Shown: positions 27,772-39,740, numbered from the whole stretch's first letter. The stretch: DNA of 58,621 nt, filler included, from Basidiobolus ranarum (GCA_040143965.1; 5 parts of 5 records of this genome joined end to end with filler, not necessarily neighbours in it), one strand, 5' to 3'. Translations and numbers: made by a program. Notes: a model not told the origin generated them from the sequence alone.

Positions 27772-29718
27772 TCAAGCGGATGCCTTTAATTTGCTTTGCT
27801 TCAGGTTCTCCTGGATGACAAATCTCAGCATGGTTTCAGCGCGAGAGCGCATCCAACTTTCCTTACTCATCCCCTTGGCAACCTTAGCAATTTCCTTAGC
27901 CTGGGCAAATGCACGCTCCATGTTATGTGTTTGCCAATGCCAGCGAGCTAAGCTCCAGCCCAAAGGAACACTTTGCTTAGAATACATAGATTCCCCATTT
28001 TTCCCTGCTCCAGTACGATTTTCTAGAGTACGAGTCACCACCTGGAATAATGGAAGAAAAGAGTTTGTAATTAGACGTAAACGACCGGGTATCGATTCAG
28101 CAGGCCACTCGATTGAATCTGCTGCATTTTTTGGCTTATCGGATTGTTCGGGCTCGGTGGCTTTTTCCTTCTCCTTTTTCTTGTCCGAGCTGGATGGTAG
28201 TGGATATGGATTACGATTGCGCGAAAGTTTCTCGTGAACGGCGAAGAATCCGACCAATGCTTCAAAAATCATATTTAGCTCGCCAGTTGGAATCTTATCG
28301 ATATTTCCTTCAGCTTTTTCAAAGATCTTGTTGACAAAGCTACGGAAAAGAGTACAGGCATGTTCATGATCTCCAATATTGAATGAAACTCTCGCAATCC
28401 AAAATCCTAATGGATCATTCTCATTTTGCAATTGAAGCTTAAGTTTCTCACAAATCCAATCGATGGCTGAAGGCTGTTCTTCATTAATCTCGGGCATTTC
28501 CTTGGTTTTGCCACTGTCTTTAGGGTTGGTGCTGAAACCCCAAGGAAGCTTTCCATTTGCACTCCACCAGTATCGACCAAAATCGTAAACATAAGCAGCT
28601 GCCTCTTCCTTAGATCCTAGCTCAATGGTGAGCTTTGATTGTTCACGCCCCATAATTTCACCAATCAACAATCTAGGGACAAATCTTTCCGGGTCTCTTT
28701 GTAAAGCTTTGTTAAGAAGGCCAGTAGTGACTTCAGAGCTGGCTCCGTGAACGTAAAATGCCGCTAGAACCTTGGTATATAGGGAGGCCAAGAAAAGGTC
28801 ATCAGTGGCTGAATCATTCTTGAGACCAAACTTTTTATCCAAGAACTTGAGGCACTCTTTGTGCTCCTGCTTGTCCATTAAGACCTTTGCTTTAAGAATT
28901 CTAGCCCCATATTTATCTCCGGAATCCAGTTCGAGCAACTGATCCACTGTCTCGAGGGCTTGTTTAGAATATTGCATTCTTTTTTTGCTGTGCTCTGGAT
29001 ACTTTTGTGCCAGTCTGAGCAGGACTTTAGCTTTAATATACACACTTCTTAAGTAGGGGCCAGCGTAAATCCAATTGCCAAATTTGCCATAATTTTTGTC
29101 CCAGAAAGACTTTCCTTCAGGTTGATTTTCTTCGGTTTTCCAACCGCGTAATACCTCTTCACCTTTCTTATTCGCTTCTTCAAGGATTCTCAATTGCTCT
29201 TCCAATTGATCGTCATTCTTGGCTGTAGAGAGTACTACTCTGGCGTCCACGGAAAGGTCAGATATCTTCAAGGCCTTTTTGGCACCATCAATGCGCTCCT
29301 GTTGGGTGCCTTTATGAAGTACATCGTATACGTACTCCTGGGCCTCAAAATACTCTTTTGGTGGATATACGATGCTCACATCTTTTGTTTTTTCTCTGTA
29401 AGCGGTGTAATTGGACTGCTCGACGGAGAAAATATCACTCACAGGATTTAGATTGGTTACATCCATAGAGAAGACGTCATTCCAGCTAGCAGCGTCCGTG
29501 GTGGGATTATGGATGAATATTTTACAATTACCGAGATATTCGATGTAGCTTTGCTTTATCTGTTTGATATTGTAAAACATACGAACTTGAGTGGAGTTAC
29601 GCTGAGAAAGACCGCTGTAAATTGTACGTAAATCCTCACTCGTCTCTGGCCTGTCGGCCGGATTCTCGGCTGGCGGAAGTTGGTTGGGAGATTTGTTATT
29701 GCGCTTTCCTCTAGGCAT
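27772..29718 (-). CDS. Intronless TPR-like helical-repeat protein resembling an uncharacterised bacterial family; about 648 aa
   Basis: A 1.95-kb open frame in AT-rich DNA with first ATG at 29718 (MPRGKR). Motif series AQEYVYD...AKKALKIS..SVDARVVL, GPYLRS, LLELDSGDKYGAR, ASLYTKVLAAF, FVPRLLIG, GSKEEAAAYV...W, SAIDWI. Confidence 0.85.
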   Translation of the reverse strand: MPRGKRNNKSPNQLPPAENPADRPETSEDLRTIYSGLSQRNSTQVRMFYNIKQIKQSYIEYLGNCKIFIHNPTTDAASWNDVFSMDVTNLNPVSDIFSVEQSNYTAYREKTKDVSIVYPPKEYFEAQEYVYDVLHKGTQQERIDGAKKALKISDLSVDARVVLSTAKNDDQLEEQLRILEEANKKGEEVLRGWKTEENQPEGKSFWDKNYGKFGNWIYAGPYLRSVYIKAKVLLRLAQKYPEHSKKRMQYSKQALETVDQLLELDSGDKYGARILKAKVLMDKQEHKECLKFLDKKFGLKNDSATDDLFLASLYTKVLAAFYVHGASSEVTTGLLNKALQRDPERFVPRLLIGEIMGREQSKLTIELGSKEEAAAYVYDFGRYWWSANGKLPWGFSTNPKDSGKTKEMPEINEEQPSAIDWICEKLKLQLQNENDPLGFWIARVSFNIGDHEHACTLFRSFVNKIFEKAEGNIDKIPTGELNMIFEALVGFFAVHEKLSRNRNPYPLPSSSDKKKEKEKATEPEQSDKPKNAADSIEWPAESIPGRLRLITNSFLPLFQVVTRTLENRTGAGKNGESMYSKQSVPLGWSLARWHWQTHNMERAFAQAKEIAKVAKGMSKESWMRSRAETMLRFVIQENLKQSKLKASA

Positions 29719-30885
29719 GATACTAGTCACTTAATGGGGAACTTTGGGTTGAAAAAATAAAGCACTAAAGGAGAGTTGAATACACTAGGGCTGCGAGGTT
29801 TCTGAGATTTCGAATATTAAAGAAAAAGATAGTGTTCAATTGTGTCGGGTTAGTGAACTCTTATATCTGTCTACGTATTCATCATCAACTCAGGGATTGG
29901 TTAGTTGGGCTTGAACGAGGGGGAGTGAAGGGGTTTTATTTAGGGAATTAGTTAGGCTTGTCTATTGGAAAATAGAATCAACAGTAAAACCCCTTATACT
30001 CGAATTCCTCATATAGTCGTCTCATTGGAAAGTAGACTAAATCATCATGTTCTCATCTCCTTTTCCATTTCAAAATAGTTCTTTGTTTTTGTTTCCTACC
30101 AATAAAATCCTATTCGAGTTATGTCAAAGTGCCTGTCGTATTGTCCACATAACCGGCTTCTCTGAGTAAAAATACTAACTCATGACGAGAATAGAATGCG
30201 TAATCTTATGGATTCGATTTAATCTAAATTTCTTATTTCATATGCTGGTGTTGCCGAAGTACAAAGAGAAGGATGTACTGAATTCAATGTAATCACTATT
30301 GTAACCAATTGTCACCAAAATACCGCTCTATCACTTGACTTCATTCTGAAACCATCCAACTACCATGATCCTCAGCATACAACAAACTGAGGTTCATCAT
30401 TCCAGTTTCTATGCTATGTAATCCATATGTATTCGTGTTTACACAGTCAGTCTGACAAAAGCAGTAGTAAGTGATATAACCTCTGGTGATGATCACAAGA
30501 GTCACACTTCGACTGTAAGGCTAAGCCACCCATGATTGAAATTGCCATTCAAACCATCACCATGAAAACCGAAGGAAAATTATTTAACCGAAAAAGACTC
30601 TTAAGTAGCTCGTAAATTGCTTGAGTTTGGTCATCAATTTTTCATTCTCATCTCGTCATTTTTAAGCCAATTTTAACCCATCTCTATTATTATTACCATC
30701 ATCAGATTTCCCAAAAATATTGTGCAAAAATTGGTCCCGAGCCATCTGAAGTCTCCAAAGATAGTTGATGAATCGATGTTTTTTTCGAGGCAGAGTTGGG
30801 AAATAAAGTACACGGCAGATGTAATGAAGCTCTCTCTTTTCCCTGTTTCTACATCCCCACGAGGTTAAAGGATTGAAACTTGAAA

Positions 30886-31514
30886 ATGGTATGTAATATT
30901 TATTATTCTCGGTTTATCTCAGTAGATTACAGTAGAATAGCACTATCATTGGATCATAATCTCCTAACAATCACATCATGAAGTTGATGGATGCGCCAAG
31001 ACTTTGTAATAGATTGAACGTGTGAATGTCCTGATTCTACCCTCACTATATTTTCTACTGTAGTTGATGAATATATGTTTCAAAATGTAGTGCTAAATAT
31101 GTCATTTCTACCTTGTAGGCCGACGCCACCGTTACCATCCGTACTCGCAAATTTTTGACCAACCGACTCTTGCAACGCAAGCAGTTCGTTGTCGATATCT
31201 TGCATCCCGGTAAAGCCAATATCAGCAAGGACGAACTTCGTGAGAAACTCGCCAAGATGTACAAATCCGAGAAGGAAAACGTTTTCTGCTTCGGTTTCCG
31301 TAACGCTTTTGGTGGTGGTAAATCTACTGGTTTCGCTTTGATTTACGATTCCTTGGATGCCGCCAAGAAGTTCGAACCCAAGTACCGTCTTGTTCGTCAC
31401 GGTCTTGCCGAGAATGGTATTACTTCTCGCAAGCAACGTAAGGAACGTAAGAACCGTCTTAAGAAGCTCCGTGGTACTGCTAAGACTAAGGGACCCAAGA
31501 CTAAGTCTGAATAA
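30886..31514 (+). CDS. RPS24: 40S ribosomal protein eS24
   Basis: First coding exon is the ATG only (30886-30888), intron 30889-31118, then [31 protein letters not shown]...[14 protein letters not shown]...KKFEPKYRL. Confidence 0.97.
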
Positions 31515-31667
31515 TTTTATTCACACTATTCTACCCTACAATATTGTGAATTTTCTTCTGTCTTCAATTCTTATTAGATAGGAGTGTACTTTCACAATAA
31601 AATTATTCAAATCATACAATGAATTCTTTTTACTTTGGTATTCCCATGGAAACTTTATTGTATTGCT

Positions 31668-33262
31668 TTAGTATCCTAGTAACTTATGCCGATTTAATTC
31701 ACACTCACACAGCGTTCTCTTCTTTTTCTGGGTCAGGTTTTCATGCTGGGATAACGAACTCATTTTACGACAAGAATCACAACAAAATATGACATGTTTA
31801 AGCCGCTCTTGACACTCATCGCAAGCAACTATAAGTAAATGACATCCTTCCCCATTGCATTTGATATATTTATCCTCTTTACACTCGCAAAACTGACAGT
31901 TTGATACGATTGTATTTGATTCATGGCTAGGTAGAGCGATTCCCTGTCGAGCATCAAATACGTAGTTTTTTCCTTGGAAGAGACTCTGGATTTTGTTATC
32001 TTGTGACTTGACCCACTCTAAGTAATTGTTTATTCCACCGTCCAGCATCCACACTTCTTGTGTCTCACCATTTGGGTCCTCAATGGCTTCACGTAAATAT
32101 GCACTCGCCTTCTCACTGGAAACTAAATGTTACTAAGCTACTCAACACAGTATATGAGCTTGATTACTTACCAGCGAATTCCACCTGTGCAATAAGTTAA
32201 AATGGTCTTGCCTTGGAAGTGACTCTTGTTTTTCTGTATATATTCAGGAAATGAACTGAATTTACGTAATGGTGGACAACTTGCGTTCGTAAAGTGACCA
32301 ATGCGACTTTCGTAGTAGTTTCTAACATCCAATAGAACAACATCCTCTTTCTTGGGTATGGTTTGATCCATTTCTGGCTCACGTATCACCAATTGCTCGA
32401 TTAAACGATGAAAATGTTCCGGCGATACCTTCCCATATTTATCGGTATTATATAGGGTTTTAGGAGTCCAGTTCTTGACACCAAAGGGACAAATTTCTTC
32501 TACTAATTTAACTGATAAATCATCAAACACATGGGAACAGCCGGGAGACGGTTTGAAAAAGGTGTTTCTTTTCTCAACAATATCAATATCTTCATCTTGA
32601 TCGTACTTCAATTTATCTTCACTCAGCATCTCATGATTACACATGAACTCAATATATTCCAGTATATTGGAACTGTTGCCTGCGAGTGTAGCGTTAATTC
32701 CTTCTTCAGCGATTCTAATTTTCCCAGTAAGTTCCAATCTTTTTGTTATCTCTTGTTGTATTTGTACTTCTTCCGAAGGGTTTTTAAGGTTGTAATATTT
32801 ATAAAATAAGATAACAGTTCCCAATGGTGGACCGTCGGACTGTCCACATGAACAACCGATGGTGATGGTATCAGAAGTACCCTTTACTGCTCTACGTTGA
32901 GTGAAGATATCTCTCTTGTTTTTATTTGCTAGTCGTTTATCTAACTCCACCTTATAAGACATTTCTAACTCTTCAGCATGTTCCAACTTGACATGTTTAT
33001 GATATTCTGGAAGGTTGCTAAAACGAGTATCACAACAATACCAAATATTATCCCCGGTTTCGTGAGACTTCAAGAAATTTTTCAAACAATATTGACGTAG
33101 GACACGCTCCTTGGAAGTAGGATTTTTCTTTGGTAACTGGGTAGTCATCATTTGCTTAAAGAAAGTGAATGGCTTATGGGGAGAATATATCTCGTAAAAA
33201 TATTCCTTTCCCCCAAAATTTTCAGTGTAATTAAATTCAAAAAGTAAATCATTACTTTCCAT
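31668..33262 (-). CDS. TSTD2: Rhodanese-domain protein of the TSTD2/TrhO (YceA) family
   Basis: ILFYKY, GKIRIAEEGINATLAG, LLDVRNYYESRIGHF, active-site YCTGGIR|CEKAS split by intron 32116-32171, LDGGINNY, FQGKNYVFDAR and a Cys-rich C-terminus. N-terminal WYCC..F...YHKHV...H as in TSTD2. The start could be 33262 or 33152. Confidence 0.92.
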
Positions 33263-33648
33263 GGATTATTTTGGTGGAATCATTTTTCTTCTTGTAGCCT
33301 CCAATTTTGTGGGGAAATTGAGCTTATTGAATCTTGGCTAACCTCGAAAGATCACGGATTAAAATGAAGTTACCAAGTTGTTGAATGTTCTACTAAGAAT
33401 CATATTTATATTTATTACGCATATCACTCAGTTGGATGGGATAAGTAAATACCCATCAGGTAGCAAATGAATCTGATGTAACTTGACTCTTTCATTGCTA
33501 GAGCCGATAGCACAAAACTATGCAGGAGTTGTGGGTTATAAAGTGATGTTTATGAATTATGAAACAGATGTTTGGACCAAGTCTTTTGGATGGTGGGTGA
33601 GACCAATATAAACCTTATTTTCTCCGGATCTGATTGTAAAGTTTCCCT

Positions 33649-33990
33649 CTAATTATCGGTGAATGTTGCTTGCTTACCCTTATCTGGCCAGTCAGTTAGA
33701 TCAGTATACTTAGGGTCTACTCGGTACGGGAAACCAGTAGACCAGGGCGCCATGGGCCAAACTTCATTCCCATTTTCTTTCAAGTCAGCAAGTTCCTTTT
33801 CAATAAGTTCTCTGTCACGATCAAGTGCGTAACAACCTACATCTTGAGGACATTCAGAAGATGTTTGTACCAAAAAGATTGGGTTTCCATGACTACAAAT
33901 AGCATTCTTTCCATCCACTTTAAAGATAAGTCCTGGATAATTCTCGGGTGTGAAAGGATTTTCCTGGCTTGAAATGGGTGAAGTGGTCAT
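33649..33990 (-). CDS. Small hypothetical protein (113 aa)
   Basis: ATG at 33990 opens MTTSPISSQENPFTPENYPGLIFKVDGKNAICSHGNPIFLVQ...WPMAPWSTGFPYRVDPKYTDLTDWPDKG. Composition is protein-like and TATA-like sequence lies upstream. No family recognised. Confidence 0.55.
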   Translation of the reverse strand: MTTSPISSQENPFTPENYPGLIFKVDGKNAICSHGNPIFLVQTSSECPQDVGCYALDRDRELIEKELADLKENGNEVWPMAPWSTGFPYRVDPKYTDLTDWPDKGKQATFTDN

Positions 33991-34329
33991 ATTAATCGAG
34001 GGTGACAAAGAGTAGATTCGATACAAAGTTTAAATCTCAAATCAGTGGACTATTTATCTAAAGCAAAAATCCTATCTTGGCGTTATATATTGGCTATCCT
34101 TACAAAGCGTCATCAGCAAGATGATTTGTACTCGGCATTTCTGCCCTTGATTGGCTGTTTCCATCAGTGTTGCATGCAACTATATGTATAATTATCTATT
34201 AGTGGATGTTAAAATGGCGTTATGAGCCAGAATAATTTAAAGTCATCTCACTAGTGAACATTAGTAACCCTATGGCCTCAAAATACTAAATTAAGCTTTC
34301 AGAAATATCATCATGATGAGAAAATAGCG

Positions 34330-34839
34330 CCTACAGTAAACAGTATCCCTTACAAGAAAATGTTAGGTTTGAATTTCATTCTATTTTCCTACTTTTTTGT
34401 AATGATGTTACAATGGTATTTCACCCATTCTCTCATGGTAACTCTTCCAGTCTACTTCTCCTCCCATTTTCTTATGGTATTCCTACCCCTATATTTGTGT
34501 TTCCTCTGGCTTCCCTATGGTATTTATTCCCATATTTTTCATAGGGTATCACCACTCAACATCTAGTCATATAAAGCCCTAACAAAAATAAAATTGATTT
34601 GATCCAGATTGGATCCACCCTTAGGAACTGCAATACTGTCAGAGAACCATCACAATATTGGTGGCTTGCATTCTGTCAGGGATTTTGATGGTATGATGGT
34701 GGCTTCTTGATGGTATCTTGATAGTATTCATACATGTTAAAATATTGATCCTCATATTTGGCATGTGTTATTTGATTTCCAGCAATTTTTGCAAAAATCT
34801 AATTTTCAAATGGCAAATTACAGGGTTTACTGCTGTAGG
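34330..34839. mobile_element. Putative non-autonomous DNA transposon with imperfect TIRs
   Basis: Left end CCTACAGTAAACAGTATCCCT versus right-end reverse complement CCTACAGCAGTAAACCCT. The internal ATGGTA motif is repeated many times and the interior is CpG-free. No clear TSD. Confidence 0.35.
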
Positions 34840-35154
34840 AATTTAAATTAATATGCATGCCTTTATTTAGATATTTTAGGCTTTGTATTCCAGCCATAAT
34901 GAAAATCAAAAAATACAAGAATCTCATTGTGTTTAGACTCTACATATGTACATACTTGACTGATCAGACATAACTCAGCAATGTCAATATGCTTTACTAG
35001 CAAACTAATGGTGGAATATTGCTAAATGTCTGAAATTTTGAATAGTACTGACACTTGGCAAATAGCTGACTCTTGTTACCATTCATAATGAGAATAAGCT
35101 CTTGGATTTTGGCAAATTTCTGTAAAGAATTCAGCCAATATATCCCCAACTTGC

Positions 35155-35254
35155 NNNNNNNNNNNNNNNNNNNNNNNNNNNNNNNNNNNNNNNNNNNNTT
35201 AATTAATTAANNNNNNNNNNNNNNNNNNNNNNNNNNNNNNNNNNNNNNNNNNNN
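35155..35254. other. Artificial contig-joining linker
   Basis: N44-TTAATTAATTAA-N44. Confidence 0.99.
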
Positions 35255-35834
35255 TCAGTGTTCCTCAACAAATTCAATATTCCCATCTCATTTCTATCCA
35301 AGCCTAGTATCCACTAGCACCTACAGAACACCAAGCCTAGCTGCCTAGCAAACCTACTCTCTACCATAACATTGCAACCCACTGCTATTCCAAAGACATA
35401 TATTAGTTAGATCTGCTCTGCTTATATATCCTGCTTAAACAGCTCTAAAATTCTGCACTTAACTGTTTTTTTGGTGCAGTAAAGTTCAAGACTTTTTATC
35501 CACTTTTCTCTTGGATACAACACAAACTAACAAATATGTACAATATGCCACATGCAATTCCAGCAACATATGTGCTCAATTTGAAGCTCCTAGGATATAT
35601 TTGAAAGACCTATATCTCTAAGAACTTATAAGTAAATTCTGATTGAGAATAGTAGGAGATCTTGTTGGAGGACTTTGACATAATGGGGGTAGACTTTGTA
35701 TATTAGATGCAACTTATGATAATGCTTTTGTGACTTTATTCTTAAGAGGATATAGTGAATTATATAGCAGAGAAGAAAATCAATTGTTTGAGATATCCAG
35801 TAGTTTATAGAATAAGATATATTAGATAAGTGGG
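35255..35834. mobile_element. Degenerate gypsy-like fragments, same families as 22893-23414
   Basis: Two segments homologous to 22893-23158 (inverted) and 23243-23414 (direct). Confidence 0.6.
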
Positions 35835-35857
35835 GTTAATAATACATACTGCATTAT

Positions 35858-36217
35858 CTCAAAGTTTTAGGAACCTGTTGGAAGTGGCTTGGCGAATTAG
35901 AGACATTGATGGTTTTCACTTCTTGATTTATTGAATTGTAAGTTAACAATGATGCTTTTGTCAAGATGTAAGCAAGCTAACATGTAGAATGTGCCAAAGA
36001 AGGTTCTAGAAACCTGAGTGCAAAGTTTGAGGTTTCTAGCACAAATTTGAAAAAAGTCTACATATCTGAGAGCTTCTAAGTTGATAAATATATTTGAAGT
36101 AAATTCCTCATGAGAGTAGTTGGTGGTATCTTAGAGAAATATAAGATAACTAAGTACTATGCTATACATGACTCTATAGGAGTTCAAGCAATGCTAGTTT
36201 CAGCACTCTCCCTTAAC
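35858..36217 (-). mobile_element. Inverted 3' LTR plus polypurine tract of the same copia family
   Basis: Reverse complement reads GTTAAGGGAGAG (PPT) then TGCTGAAACTAGCATTGC...TTTTTCAAATTTGTGCTAGAAACC...CACTTCCAACAGGTTCCTAAAA, matching the LTRs at 36589 and 41113. Confidence 0.8.
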
Positions 36218-36251
36218 CAAATAATCAATTATCCAACAGCTTCTAATTATC

Positions 36252-36433
36252 AGACTTGTTCTCTGTGATAGTGCCAGATTGTGCTGTATATATCATATTG
36301 GATAAAGTATTCTAAAATTTATGTGGCACAATTTGGCACTATCCATCACCCTCTGGCATGATCAATGTTAATCAAATTTACTCTAATATATTGATCCAAG
36401 GTCTGATAAGTCCTAGCACAATGGAACAAGTAT
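36252..36433 (+). mobile_element. 182-bp MITE, copy A
   Basis: Ends AGACTTGTTC...GAACAAGTAT, flanked by a 3-bp ATC/ATC duplication; near-identical to 39559-39740. Confidence 0.88.
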
Positions 36434-36588
36434 ATCCTAAACACTTCCATTGCACTTCATATTCTCATGACAAAACTCTGGTGTATGATAAGCTTGCAAA
36501 GATACTATTTGACACCAGGATAAGACCAGCTTTGGCCATATTTATTTACCTTAATATGGGAAAAAATAGCCAAAGTACAGCATGTTAC

Positions 36589-36935
36589 TGTTAAACAAGG
36601 CATTGCCTTTGCACCTATATATCTATGTTTAGCTTAGTGTTTAGTAATCTTATATTTCATTCAGATAATGCCCATTATTCTCAATCAGATTTTACTCAGG
36701 GCATTTTTACCATCTCAGAGGTTCTCAGATAAATAGGTTTTTCAAACTTGTGCTAGAAGCCCTAAACTTCTCACACACATTCCTGGGACCTTCCATAACA
36801 CATTCTAAATGCTAGTTTGTTTACACCCTGACAGAATTATAAATGTCAACTTTCTACTGAAAAAATCAATAAGTGCCAACCACCAATTTCTCTAATTCTC
36901 CAAATTACTTCCAACAGGCTCCAAAATTTTTTACA
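36589..36935 (+). repeat. 5' LTR of the copia element
   Basis: Shares ATAGGTTTTTCAAACTTGT, TAGTTTGTTTACA, ATCAATAAG, ACCACCAATTTCTCTAAT and CTTCCAACAGGCTCC with 41113-41441. Confidence 0.88.
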
Positions 36936-39558
36936 GGCTTTGAGCCCCCAGCTTGCACTCTCTGTTATATCTACTCCTCAAATTTCTTATACTTTTCCCT
37001 CTTCTGAAAAATGGATGGACTCAATTATCAAGTTGGGAAATTGAATGAAAATGCTGCTGCAAGAAAAAGAACTTTGTGAGACTGTTGTAGGAGAAGAACA
37101 CATTGCAAAACCATCTGAAACAGACCTTTATAACAGGTTAAAAATGAACACATTAGCTTGGACACAACTTGCCTTATTGTTTAAGAAAAGTTACTAATTC
37201 AATGCTCTAGAGCTAAAACTGCCAAGAAACTATGGAATGCCTTCAGCTGCCAAGAAGGTGTTTCTAAGAAGATGATTCTTTAACTTGAAGATGAAGCCTG
37301 ATGAAGCCATTTAAACACTAATTAATAGTTCAACTATTGTAGTAGATGAAATAGAATGCACTGTAGTACCTATTTGTGACCAGGATATCCTATTTATAGT
37401 CCAGAATATCCTGCCTCTAGAGTTTCAGAGTCTAATAATGGCTTTAGATTTAAGGACTGAAAATGTGACCTTAAATTATGAATTGAAAGACTTCCAGATG
37501 AAGATTTATGCAAATTAGGATCCATCAAAAGAATGAAAACAATGCTTTAATAGGTTAGGGGAACCTGGCTATAAAGGTAGAAAGCACTTTAAGAAGAAGA
37601 GTAACACATTCTGTGACTACTGTCAAAGAACTTGCCATTTGAGTAAAGACATGCTTTAAAAGAATTCAAAAGAAGAAAAAAATACTGAATCTGGAAATGT
37701 GATTATAACAGCAGATCACTTATTCATATCTGTTCTATCTATGACTATCAATATGCATTTTCAGAGTTAGTATATTGATTCTAGAGCCTCCCAGCACTTC
37801 ATTTATGAAAAACTTGGTTGTGGATCATGAAGAATTCTTAATTAGAAAGTTTTCATGGGAGATGACTAGACCTTGGATGCCATTGGAATGTCATCCATTC
37901 ATGTCCTTTTAACTGGTGCCTTTGAATAGAAAGTGTATACTTTTGAGGATGTGTTACATCCTCCAGATATTGCCAAGAACTTAACATCTTTAATTATGGC
38001 CACCTCTAAAGAGGTACAATTCAATTTTGATAAGTTAGGATGCACCATCAATATTCAAAATGGAAATTGTTAAGCTTAGAGAGAAAAGGATCAGATTGTA
38101 TACAAACTTAGATATAATCCAGGAGGCTTATGTGTAAATATAAGTTATTCCAATCATGAAACCACTCAAGTATGCTGTAAGATATTCAACCACATTAGAT
38201 TTGCTTATTTGAGCAAACTGATCAAAAATTGCCTAATTTATGGAATTTGAATTACCCACAACCAAAATGGAAATTTGTGAGGTTTTTATATATAGAAAAC
38301 ACACCAGACAACCATTTAAGAGCTCTAGTTTGATTAAATCAGTCAAAAACTTTGATCTAATTTAGTCACATATGTGTGGACCTGTGAAAAAGTTATATTT
38401 AGGTTAAAAAAGATTTTTGATCACATATATTGACAATTATTCAAAATACCCTTGGGTCCACTTTATGGACAGAGAAGAAGAAGTTCTCTTCATCTTCAGA
38501 GACTTTAAAGCACTTCTGAAGACTGAAACTAGAACTAGAATCAAGAAAATACATATTAATAATGGTAGAAAATCCCCTTCAGCACTATTTAATCACTTTT
38601 GCAAAGTTCATGCAATCAAGTAAGGCATTACTCCCCCTATTAACCTCAACAAAATGAAGATGGTGAAAGATCTAACAAGGCTAAATAGAAATGGCAGGAT
38701 CTATGATAATTGCACAAAGTTCATCCCAGATTTTTTGGCAGAATCAGTCACTACAAATGTTTATCTGAAGAATAGCCATTTTACTAGGAGTTAGTCTAAC
38801 TCAACATCATATCTAAGCATTTCAGGATATTTTCATGCATTGCTTATGTCAAAATTATGACTAAAAATGATCTAAAGTTGATGCAAAAGTGAGAAATGCA
38901 TATTTCTGTGTTATTATACTCAGAATAAAGCTTACAGACCCTATGATACCAAAATTTCAATTTTCTTCAAGTCCAGGGAAGTTTTGTTTGAAGAAAATTC
39001 AATAATTTTACCTATACTGATATCAGATAATGACCAAATCAATTTTCTCATGATCCAAACATTCATACTGATTCAAACAAAAACAATAAAAGAAAATAGA
39101 ATTCCTGTGGACCATTTCACCAAACTTTAGCCTACCAAAGTACCAAATACAATGCCAGAAGTTATAATACCTTTGTCCTAAAACCAAATTAAATTGGGAC
39201 AAAAATAGCCCTATGCACTGTAACAAAGAATTCCAAAATTGGGCCTATGCCTGCACAGATCAAATACTTGAGCCTCATAATGTGAAAGAGGCCCTAAATG
39301 ACTCTCATACAAAACTTTGGAAATCTGCAATGGCAGATGAGTACCATGGTTTGATTGATAACCAAACTAAGATTTTAACCAATTTACCAAATGATAGATA
39401 ATCATTTGGCTGCCAATAGGTGTTTAAAGTCAAAAATAACTCTGATGGCAATATTGAGAGGTTCAAGGCTAGACTAGTAGCCAAATGCTTTCCCCAAACA
39501 AAGTAATACATTTTTCAAAAACTTTTGTGTATATATCAAAATTTAAATCAAATTGATT

Positions 39559-39740
39559 GGACTTGTTCTCTGTGATAGTGCCAGAATGTGCTGTATATAT
39601 CATATTGGATAAAGTATTCTAAAATTTATGTGGCACAATTTGGCACTATCCATCACCCTCTGGCATGATCAATTTCAATCACATTTACTCTAATACATTG
39701 ATCCAAGGTCCAATAAATCCTGGCACAATGGAACAAGTCC
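39559..39740 (+). mobile_element. 182-bp MITE, copy B, nested in the copia reverse transcriptase
   Basis: Perfect 10-bp TIR GGACTTGTTC...GAACAAGTCC with a 3-bp ATT/ATT TSD. Removing the element restores the RT frame (KFKSN*FMTAMSAKYQFIINQMDVKTA). Confidence 0.93.

Noticed and set aside
30889..31118. Box C/D snoRNA in the 230-nt RPS24 intron
   Set aside because: A CTGA is present, but there is no convincing upstream RTGATGA box or terminal stem.
34860..35154. Gypsy RT fragment (FSQYIPNL) at the end of contig 3
   Set aside because: Suggestive and CpG-free, but too short and degenerate to annotate.
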